Assembly: GCA_005879065.1 (NCBI GenBank)
Contig: VBLU01000005.1
Location: 1 to 43,248 of the forward strand
Length of the DNA: 43,248 nucleotides
Direction: 5' to 3'
Source of the DNA: Methanobacteriota archaeon
GTDB lineage: Archaea; Thermoplasmatota; Thermoplasmata; RBG-16-68-12
In this document: piece after piece, positions 36,015 to 43,248 of the stretch
Position numbering within the stretch: the first letter of the stretch is position 1
Layout of the letters: each line of letters starts with the position of its first letter
Notes under the pieces: generated by a model
Database searches by the model: none
What the model saw: the letters and a program-made list of their open reading frames with translations, nothing else
What the model was told of the DNA's origin: nothing
Translations under genes and position numbers: made by a program

Positions 36015-37091
36015 ATGGAATTCCCGCCGTTCGAGCACCTTCGGTTTTACGAAGGCGTCCACGACGTCCGCCTGAACATTTCCTATTCGAACATCAAGGG
36101 CTTCACCCTCGGCGAGTTCCACAAGACACTTCCGAAGGACCTGGACCTGAACTGGACGGACGAGCGAGGTCCGCCGGAACTTCGACGGCTGATCGCGCGG
36201 CACGCGCAGGTGGCGATGGACCACGTGCTCGTGACCACAGGGGCCACGGAGGCGAACTTCCTCGCGAACGTAGCCCTGGTCCAGCCACGGGATCGCGTCG
36301 TCGTCGACACTCCCAACTACTCGCCCTTGCGCGATTGTGCCGTGGGTCTCGGTGCGGACGTCGTCCCGGTCGTGAGGGATTGCCACGACGGATGGTCCCT
36401 CGACCTCGATCGATTTCGGAAGACGGCCGGAGGCCGAGCGAAACTCCTCGTGTTCGCGAACCTGAACAACCCCACTTCCGTCCCCCTTGGAAGAAACGAT
36501 CTTCAAGAACTCGCGGACATCGCGCAGGAGTGCGACGGCTATGTCCTCGTGGATGAGACGTTCCGCGAACTCGCCTTTCATCATCCGCCGCCGAGCGTAG
36601 CCGAATTTGGACCGCGGATGATCGCCCTGTCCACCGTGACCAAAGTAGGCGGCCTCGGCGCCCTCCGAGTCGGATGGATCGTCGCTCATCCTCGCCTCCT
36701 GGAGCGGTTCAAGGCCGTGAAGGACTACACGACCGTGTGCGGGTCCTCCGTCTCCCAACTTCTCGCGACCTGGGCGCTCCAGCGGTGGTCCCTCTTCCGA
36801 CGTCGTGCGAAAATCATCTTGGACGGAAATCGAAAGCTGGTGGAGGAGGCGCTCACGAAGCTACCGGCGCTGCGCGGCGAAGTGCCCAAGTCCGGGAGCG
36901 TGATGTTTCCCCATTCCGACATCAGGGTGCCGAAATTGGCACAACGGCTTCTTCGTGTGTACAAGACGATCATCGCGGAAGGACGGTTCTTCGGCGTGGA
37001 CGATCATTTCCGAATCGGCCTGGGTGGAGACCCCGGCGAATTCCGTCAAGGTCTACGGAATCTCGAGAAGGCGATGCAAGAACTCGCATGA
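36015..37091 (+). CDS. Class I/II PLP-dependent aminotransferase
   Basis: VTTGATEA, NLNNPT, VDETFRE, TKVGGLGALRVGW and FRIGLG motifs. Confidence 0.92.
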   Translation: MEFPPFEHLRFYEGVHDVRLNISYSNIKGFTLGEFHKTLPKDLDLNWTDERGPPELRRLIARHAQVAMDHVLVTTGATEANFLANVALVQPRDRVVVDTPNYSPLRDCAVGLGADVVPVVRDCHDGWSLDLDRFRKTAGGRAKLLVFANLNNPTSVPLGRNDLQELADIAQECDGYVLVDETFRELAFHHPPPSVAEFGPRMIALSTVTKVGGLGALRVGWIVAHPRLLERFKAVKDYTTVCGSSVSQLLATWALQRWSLFRRRAKIILDGNRKLVEEALTKLPALRGEVPKSGSVMFPHSDIRVPKLAQRLLRVYKTIIAEGRFFGVDDHFRIGLGGDPGEFRQGLRNLEKAMQELA

Positions 37092-37142
37092 TCCAGCTCG
37101 CGCGGGCGAGACACCGTTCGGTGGCTCGTGATGACCTCTCGC

Positions 37143-38105
37143 TCACGCGGGCGCGGACGTGAGGTTCTCCAAGAAGGTCGCGGACGGCACGAAGAAGAGG
37201 TTCCCGGTGACCGCACGGCTGAAGTCGAGCAGCCGGTCATAATTGCCCGGTGGATTGCCGACGAACATGTTCTGGAGCATTTCTTCGATCGTGCGGGGCG
37301 AGCGGCTGTAGCCGATGAAATAGGTCCCGAACTCCCCGCGGGCTGCCTGGCCGAACGGCATGTTGTCTCGGAGGATCTTGATCTCCGCGCCATCCTTCGT
37401 GATCTTGGTGAGTGCATTGTGCGCAAAGGTGGGCTTGACGGAGTCGTCCAGCTCGATGTCACTCAGCTTCGTACGACCGACGATTCGCTCTTGTTCTTCC
37501 GTAGGAAGTGCATTCCATCCCGTTAGATTGTGGAGATACTTCTGCACAATCACATAGCTACCCGCGGCGAACCTCGAGTCCTCTTCCCCGATGCGGGTGG
37601 CCTCGATCGCCGCCTGCCCCTTGGGGTTCTCCGTCCCGTCGACAAAACCGATGAGGTCGCGGCTGTCAAAGTAGCGGAATCCGTGGACCTCGTCCACGGG
37701 GGAGACCGCGCTTCCCAGCCGAGCCATGATCTGTGTCGCCAGCTCGAAGCACAGGTCCAGTCGCTGCGCTCGGATGTGGAAGAGTAGATCGCCCGGTGTC
37801 GAAGGAGCGTGGCGCTCTCCCGCATGGATCTCGCGAAACTTTCGCAACTCGGCCGGCCGTGGCTGCCCGAACAGCCGGTCCCACGTTTCCGATCCCACCG
37901 CCATGACGCAGGAAAGGCTTCCCTCAAGTTCACGAAACCCCGCCGAACGGACCAGCGAGCTGAGGTCCTTGCACAAGTGTCGAATGACAACTCGATTCTC
38001 GGCCCCTGGGTTGACCGTTACAACGAGAAAAATCGCAGCCCGGGTCAGCGGCGTAGCAACTGGCTGAGAGATTGCGCTCGAATTGACGGACGCTTTCGGC
38101 GTCAT
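37143..38105 (-). CDS. Dye-decolorizing peroxidase (DyP, B-type-like)
   Basis: GFVDGTENP (GxxDG), GRTK, proximal His (AH), ILRDNMPFG, YFIGY and TGNLFFVPS motifs. Confidence 0.95.
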   Translation of the reverse strand: MTPKASVNSSAISQPVATPLTRAAIFLVVTVNPGAENRVVIRHLCKDLSSLVRSAGFRELEGSLSCVMAVGSETWDRLFGQPRPAELRKFREIHAGERHAPSTPGDLLFHIRAQRLDLCFELATQIMARLGSAVSPVDEVHGFRYFDSRDLIGFVDGTENPKGQAAIEATRIGEEDSRFAAGSYVIVQKYLHNLTGWNALPTEEQERIVGRTKLSDIELDDSVKPTFAHNALTKITKDGAEIKILRDNMPFGQAARGEFGTYFIGYSRSPRTIEEMLQNMFVGNPPGNYDRLLDFSRAVTGNLFFVPSATFLENLTSAPA

Positions 38106-38127
38106 AGACGGAGGTTTCCCCCTGGAG

Positions 38128-38201
38128 CGCCCGCGCCCGGATTCGAACCGGGGTCTTCGGGTCCGAAGCCCGATAGTCTGTCCGGACTAACCTACGCGGG
38201 C
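38128..38201 (-). tRNA. tRNA-Arg(TCG), intronless, CCA not encoded
   Basis: Acceptor GCCCGCG/CGCGGGC, D-loop with GG and A20, anticodon arm TCGGG-CTTCGGA-CCCGA, T arm CCCGG-TTCGAAT-CCGGG, discriminator G. Confidence 0.96.
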
Positions 38202-38420
38202 ACTCTTTCTCCGTACTTGGTTCTGCGATAAGAAGGTCTCGCCCTCTGGGTCCCGATTCCTCGTCGGAAACGACGATAGACGCAAAGAGAAGATCGCCAG
38301 TCGCTCCCATGCTGAATCGGGTTCATCGCTCCCGCCTCCATATTTCGGTGGCCCACTCATAGTCTCAGTACCAGTCATCATATACTACCACTCGTGTACG
38401 GAGACCCGGAGAGGGATATT

Positions 38421-39254
38421 TTGAGCAGCATCACTGTCGGCCAGGAAAACTCGGGACCCATCAAACTGTATTACGAAGACCACGGCACGGGGAAGCCGGT
38501 CGTGCTAATCCACGGGTGGCCTTTAAGCAGCGCCTCCTGGGAAAAGCAGGTGTTGGACCTACTGAAAGCGGGCAACCGGGTCATCGCCTACGACCGCCGA
38601 GGGTTCGGCCAGTCCAGCAAGCCGACGACGGGCTACGACTACGACACCTTCGCCGAAGATCTGCACAAGCTCGTGACGGAGCTCGACCTCCGCGATTTCG
38701 GGTTGGTCGGCTTCTCCATGGGCGGCGGCGAAGTGGCCCGCTATCTGGGCAAGTACGGATCCGACCGCGTAAGCCAGGCGGTGTTCATCAGCGCGGTCCC
38801 ACCGTTTCTGCTCAAGACGGCGGACAATCCGGAAGGAGTCGATGCCGGGGCCTTCGAGGGAATCAAGGCCGGGATCGCCGCAGACCGTCCGGCGTTTCTT
38901 TCGCAGTTTCTATCGGATTTCTTTAACGTGGACGTCTTCCGCGGCAAGCAAATCACCGACCAGGCCGTGCAGCTCAACTGGAACATCGCGGCGGCCGCTT
39001 CGCCCACAGGCACTCTGGATTGCGTCACCGCGTTCTCATCGACGGACTTCCGGAACGACCTCAAACGCATCGACGTGCCCACGTTGGTGATCCACGGCAC
39101 GGCCGACCGGATTGTGCCCTTCCCCGTCTCGGCGAGGCGCATGCCGGAATTTGTGAAGGGATGCAAGCTGATCACGATCGAGGACGCTCCGCACGGCCTG
39201 ATCTGGACCCACGCGAGCAAAATCAACCCGGAGCTGGCACACTTCCTCAGCTAG
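38421..39254 (+). CDS. Non-heme haloperoxidase/perhydrolase-like alpha/beta hydrolase
   Basis: YYEDHGTGKPVVLIHGWPL, YDRRGFG, GFSMGGG, HGTAD and APHG motifs. TTG start at 38421 follows GAGGG. Confidence 0.92.
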   Translation: MSSITVGQENSGPIKLYYEDHGTGKPVVLIHGWPLSSASWEKQVLDLLKAGNRVIAYDRRGFGQSSKPTTGYDYDTFAEDLHKLVTELDLRDFGLVGFSMGGGEVARYLGKYGSDRVSQAVFISAVPPFLLKTADNPEGVDAGAFEGIKAGIAADRPAFLSQFLSDFFNVDVFRGKQITDQAVQLNWNIAAAASPTGTLDCVTAFSSTDFRNDLKRIDVPTLVIHGTADRIVPFPVSARRMPEFVKGCKLITIEDAPHGLIWTHASKINPELAHFLS

Positions 39255-39329
39255 GGACCGCCCGGCGGAGAAGGCAGAGGTTCGAATCGCCTCGGGACTC
39301 ACTCTCCATGGGATGTTTCGCGGATCGGT

Positions 39330-40483
39330 TCACTTCGGGTCGACCCCTCGTTCCTCCGGGGGGCGAACTTGCCGGGTACGCCTAACCAGAGATTCGCGAG
39401 GGCATAGCCCGCCAACGATGGACTGATCGACGAGGACACGGTGCGCGTTGTGCTCGTGAGCCCCGCGGCCGCGGTCCGGTCCGATTCGTCGACGATCGCC
39501 ATAACGTAGGATTGTCTCGCGGGCACGTCCATTTGCGATAACGATTGACGGCAGAGGAGGAGGAGTACGGCCGTCAAAGGCGTCGACGCGAACGCGACCC
39601 CGATGAGGAAGACGTTCGAGGGCACATGAGTGAAGACCATCGTCCGCAACAGGCCGATTCTCCGGGCGATTCGTTCGGATAGGAGAAACGACAGGGCGGT
39701 CACCAACTGGGTCGCAAAGAAGATGGCCCCGAGGGTGGCCAAATCCAGTCCAAATCGGAGGAAGAAATAGTACGAGAGGATGCTCTGTCCGATGAAGCCG
39801 CCGCCGAACGCATCCACCGCGAACAGGGTCGACAACTTGGCGACAATGGGACGACCGCGGGGGGACAGCGCCGGCCGTCGCCCCGGCCTGGACTTCGGTT
39901 CGACCGCTCCGGAGAGGGAAGAGTAGAGCACCGCTCCGATCAGTCCAGAGATCATGTAGGCCAGGAACAGCGGCGGGTAGCCCATGTATCTCGGCAGTCC
40001 CGCCAAAAGCGCCCCCGCTGAAGACGCGCCGTATCCGACCAAGTTGTACACACTGAACGCAAGCGTCCTGCGATCGGCGCGGGCGGTCCGCGGAAGAATC
40101 GCCTGTTCGAGCGAGAGGAACGGTCCCACTTCTCCAGCCCCGACGGTCATGTTCCCTACGATGCCCGCGAGCACCGGAGCCCACCAGTCCGTCGAGACGA
40201 ACAACAGGGTTCCCGCGACGAAATCGGTGAGGGCGAAGAAGACGAGCGTTCTCCTCCGGCCAATCCGGTCCGCGACGAAGCTGATGATGAACGTGTAGAA
40301 TGCGCTGCTGAGCACGGTCAGGGTCAGGACGATTCCGATCGCGAAGGCGCTGAATCCGAGTTGGGCCAGGTAGACGCCGTAGATGACTCCGAGAAAACCG
40401 TAGGGAACGGTGCGGACGGACTTCTCTAGGAGGATGAGTTTGCCGTCTCGATCAATCCAGTTTCCGGAATCCGTACAAGCCAC
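39330..40483 (-). pseudogene. MFS transporter; last TM helix appears deleted with frameshift at ~39375
   Basis: ADRIGRRRTL, GEVGPFLSLEQA, VDAFGGG, MVFTHVPSN and SQMDVPARQSY motifs. After LWLGVP the family-like tail RQVRPPEE lies in another frame (stop 39330). The in-frame ORF ends at 39299. Confidence 0.75.
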
Positions 40484-40488
40484 CGCGT

Positions 40489-41109
40489 TCAGAGCGTGCG
40501 CCGCGACTGTTTCGGGGGCTGCGCGATCTTGCCCCTAGGACGTGCCGAGTGGATCGGAGTCCACTTCAGTTCCATGTGGATCTCCAGTTCGTCCTCCTCT
40601 TTGGCGTAGAGGAGCTTGAACGTCACGGGCTCGGTGGGCTGAACTAGGATCTTCTTCTGTCCCGGCAGGACCTTGGAGATATCGACCGAACGCCGTCCCA
40701 GTCCGTCCCCCAGCGCCACCAAGGACTTCGAGAGCTCGTCCTTGCTGAGGCGGCCCTTGTAACGAAAGATCGATTCGTGGACCTCTCGGTAAATTTCCAG
40801 GACTTCCATCATTTTGGTCCAATGCCTCATGGTCTGGGAAAGCTCGCCCCGTCCTTTCTCCGTGAGAGCGTAATGCTTCCGGTCGAGACCTTCATCCCGG
40901 AACTCGATTCGACTCGTCACTAGACCTCCCTCCTCGAGTTTTTCGAAGGCCGGGTAGATCGTGCCGGTCTTTGGCCTCCAGTAGCCGGAGAACCGCTTCT
41001 CGAGTTCCCTGATCACTTCGTATCCGTACATCGGTTTCTCGGACAGGAGAAGGAGCAGCCAGAGGGACACGGCTCCGATTTTCATGCCTCGCGGTGCGGT
41101 GGCAGCCAT
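40489..41109 (-). CDS. PadR family regulator fused to a C-terminal amphi-Trp-like domain
   Basis: KPMYGYEVI, GTIYP, LEEGGLV and RKHYALTEKG (PadR), then SKDELSKSLVALGDGL...QPTEPVTFKL...ELEIHMELKW. Confidence 0.85.
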   Translation of the reverse strand: MAATAPRGMKIGAVSLWLLLLLSEKPMYGYEVIRELEKRFSGYWRPKTGTIYPAFEKLEEGGLVTSRIEFRDEGLDRKHYALTEKGRGELSQTMRHWTKMMEVLEIYREVHESIFRYKGRLSKDELSKSLVALGDGLGRRSVDISKVLPGQKKILVQPTEPVTFKLLYAKEEDELEIHMELKWTPIHSARPRGKIAQPPKQSRRTL

Positions 41110-41142
41110 CAACTCACCCCGTGCCGGGCAAAGCGCATTCGG

Positions 41143-41250
41143 GCTTATACGCGTACATAAGCTAACTCAACGGCCCTCAACGGCCACGCCGACCAACTCG
41201 TCGGACAGATTAATATACATAGATACACTACCTGCGTAGACACTCTACCC
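41143..41250. promoter_or_regulatory. Divergent promoter region between padR and the chrB-like gene
   Basis: Palindrome GCTTAT-N8-ATAAGC (41143-41162), tandem CTCAACGGCC x2 (41166-41185), ATTAATATA box (~41209) and imperfect direct repeat TAGATACACTACC/TAGACACTCTACC. Confidence 0.55.
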
Positions 41251-41264
41251 AAGGAGGGCTTTGA

Positions 41265-41732
41265 ATGAAATGGGTAACCCGAGAGAAGGCGAAGGTAGAC
41301 CGGATCGCGTGTCCTTGGCTCATCACGAAATTCGTGGATCCGAAGTCGGAGTTCCTGTTCGTGCCGCGCGAAAAGGTCTTGGACGTCGCGAAGGAACAGA
41401 ACGCGATACCGTATGACAGCCCCGGTGCCGAGCTCCACCACTACAAGGAGGGAGGCGACGAGCGGTGCAGCTTCGACGCTATCATCAAGAAGTACAAGCT
41501 CACGGATCGAGCTCTCCTCGATATGGCGGAGATCGTGCGCGCGGCGGACGCGGGGCCTCGAAATCCTCGACCGGAGGGCGCGGGCCTGGAGGCGATGGCC
41601 CTCGGGTTCCGTGAGAACGCGAAAGACGATTTCGAGAACATGCGGCTCCAGTTCCCGGCATACGATGCGCTTTACACGTACTGTCGCCTCAAGGTCGAGG
41701 GCAAGGCCAAGTTGGAGCACGCGCCTCGATGA
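41265..41732 (+). CDS. Chromate-resistance ChrB C-terminal domain protein (stand-alone, ChrF-like)
   Basis: MKWVTRE..KVDRIACPWLI.KFVDP..EFLFV, CSFDAII.KY.L, IVRAAD, PEGAGLEA and YDALY motifs; AGGAGG SD. Confidence 0.92.
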   Translation: MKWVTREKAKVDRIACPWLITKFVDPKSEFLFVPREKVLDVAKEQNAIPYDSPGAELHHYKEGGDERCSFDAIIKKYKLTDRALLDMAEIVRAADAGPRNPRPEGAGLEAMALGFRENAKDDFENMRLQFPAYDALYTYCRLKVEGKAKLEHAPR

Positions 41733-42652
41733 GCCTCCGCCTCCTGGGCCACGTCGAGCTTCCCGCGCATGGACGGGAAGGTGGCTTCGATCACGCGGCG
41801 GTCCATCGCGAGTCCTCGCGCGTCTACGTCGCCCATACGTCCAACGATGATGTCGACGTCATGGACTCGGCGTCCGATCGCTTCCTTCGGTCAATCCACG
41901 GACTGAAGGGTGTCGCCGGCGTCCTCGTGTCGGACGAAAAGGGTCTCCTCTTCACTGCAAATCGCGGGGAGAACACGATCAGCATTTTCTCAGTCGCCCG
42001 AGAGCACGAAATGGTGAGGCTCTACTCGGGAATCCGTCCCAACGGGCTCGCCTTCGATCCGTCGCGAGGACTCTTGCTGGTGGCAAATGTCGGCGACCCC
42101 GAAATCGGCAATTCATCGACCGTTTCGATGGTGGACGTCAGTGAGAAGGCCGTGATCGGGACCGTGGTGCTCCCGGGGCGCCCCCGGTGGGCCGTGTATG
42201 ACGAGAGGACGGCCGCTTTCTACCTGAACATCGCAGATCCTCCCCTCATCCTGGAAATCGATGCGAAGACTCCCTCAAAGATGATGGAGAGATACAAGGT
42301 GCCCGCCACTGGACCGCATGGCCTCGATCTCGACCCCCAGGGGAGACAACTCTTCTGCGCTTGTGATACTGCGAAGCTAGTCGCGGTAGACCTGAACTCG
42401 AGTGAGATTCGGGCGGTCGGGGAGCTCAGCGGCCCGCCCGATGTTGTGTTCTTCAACTCGCGGCTGAACCATGTTTATGTCGCCGTCGGCACCCCGGGCG
42501 TGATTGAAGTCTTCGACGCAAGGCGAATGAAACTCCTCGAAAGGGTCACGACGGAGAAAGGAGCTCACACATTGGCGTTCGACCAAAGGAAAAACAAGGT
42601 CTACGCCTTCCTGCCTGCCACCCACAGAGCGGCGGTATATCAAGACGGATGA
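41729..42652 (+). CDS. YncE/YVTN-type beta-propeller protein, no signal peptide
   Basis: GGFDH, repeated PNGLAFDP / PHGLDLDP / GAHTLAFD blades; ATGA-coupled to the chrB-like gene. Confidence 0.85.
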   Translation: MSLRLLGHVELPAHGREGGFDHAAVHRESSRVYVAHTSNDDVDVMDSASDRFLRSIHGLKGVAGVLVSDEKGLLFTANRGENTISIFSVAREHEMVRLYSGIRPNGLAFDPSRGLLLVANVGDPEIGNSSTVSMVDVSEKAVIGTVVLPGRPRWAVYDERTAAFYLNIADPPLILEIDAKTPSKMMERYKVPATGPHGLDLDPQGRQLFCACDTAKLVAVDLNSSEIRAVGELSGPPDVVFFNSRLNHVYVAVGTPGVIEVFDARRMKLLERVTTEKGAHTLAFDQRKNKVYAFLPATHRAAVYQDG

Positions 42653-42670
42653 GGTCGAGAGGTGTCGCGA

Positions 42671-43248
42671 ATGGACCAGCACGAGATGTTCACAGAAGTC
42701 GTAGCGAACGTCGCGAAGATGTGCGCCGTCAGCGCCATGACCGCACCGAAGAGCGGAGGGCAGCTCTTCCTGAAAGGATCCAAGCCTTTCATCGAGACCA
42801 CGATCGTCCGGGACAAAGAGACCCTCCATCGCCTCGCGGAATGGCTTCGGGCCCGGGGGACGAAACTCAAGAATCCCATCTTCTTCCGCGACGCCGATAC
42901 GACCGAGAAGGTGGACCTCATCCTGTTCATCGGACTCGAGAAGTGGTATCCGCCGATGTACGATTGCGGCGCCTGCGGATATGGCACCTGTAACGAATTT
43001 CTGCGCGCGGCGCCTGTCCATCACACCGAGGAGTCTCGGGATTGGGAGTTCCTCGGACCGATTTGCCAGATCCGGTGCATCGACCTCGGCATCGCTGTGG
43101 GATCCGCCGCGAAGCTCGCGAGCATGAACAACGTGGACACCCGTTGTCAGACCCGAGTCGCCGCGGCCGCGAGGCACCTCGGAATCATTCACTCGGACCT
43201 CGCTGTTGCGCTTTCGATGAGCGTGTCCCACAAGAACATTTTCTTCGA
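42671..43248 (+). CDS. DUF2148 family ferredoxin-like Fe-S protein, 3' partial (not in ORF track)
   Basis: Translated by hand from ATG 42671 after GAGGTG: SAMTAPKSGG, FFRDA, CGACGYGTC, GPIC, DLGIAVGSAAKLA, VDTRC and SHKNIFF; runs off the window end. Confidence 0.88.
   Translation, partial: MDQHEMFTEVVANVAKMCAVSAMTAPKSGGQLFLKGSKPFIETTIVRDKETLHRLAEWLRARGTKLKNPIFFRDADTTEKVDLILFIGLEKWYPPMYDCGACGYGTCNEFLRAAPVHHTEESRDWEFLGPICQIRCIDLGIAVGSAAKLASMNNVDTRCQTRVAAAARHLGIIHSDLAVALSMSVSHKNIFF

Noticed and set aside
39275-39300. GAGGTTCGAATCGCCTC resembling a tRNA T-arm (possible att remnant)
   Set aside because: It does not match the tRNA-Arg 3' end beyond GGTTCGAATC, lies in the opposite orientation, and no integrase is present.
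41110-41264. Fluoride or other riboswitch upstream of the chrB-like gene or MFS
   Set aside because: The fluoride riboswitch consensus (GGCGAUGG...GCUGAUGAC) is not visible and the leader after the TATA box is short.
1-43248. CRISPR array, cas genes, transposases, integrases, rRNA, known anti-phage systems
   Set aside because: No regularly spaced repeats or diagnostic motifs seen on reading; very degenerate elements could have been missed without tools.

Overview
GC-rich archaeal chromosomal DNA. The archaeal assignment rests on rps8e, srp19, radA, dph5, a Trm5-family methyltransferase, type II Met aminopeptidase, pdaD and TATA-like promoters; a non-methanogenic Thermoplasmatota lineage is likely but inferred. 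The first ~30 kb is densely packed housekeeping, translation, proteolysis and DNA-repair genes, including radA beside an AlkZ-like glycosylase and a 1803-aa Lhr helicase with what look like two AlkZ/HTH_42-like modules. From ~30 kb the window is accessory: an ArsR-SRPBCC operon with visible operators, pirin, thiolase, an exported orphan, then a cluster around tRNA-Arg(TCG). That cluster holds a DyP peroxidase, a non-heme haloperoxidase-like hydrolase, an MFS transporter, a PadR-amphi-Trp fusion and, divergently, a ChrB-domain protein, a YncE beta-propeller and a DUF2148 Fe-S protein. It is the best candidate for an undescribed system. Two genes (asnS and the MFS) show clean internal deletions with frameshift at CC microhomologies; these are either real lesions or assembly artefacts. 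An unexplained ~86-nt Y-shaped structured element sits upstream of lhr. No CRISPR array, rRNA, integrase or transposase was seen. All family calls come from motif recognition by eye, not database searches.
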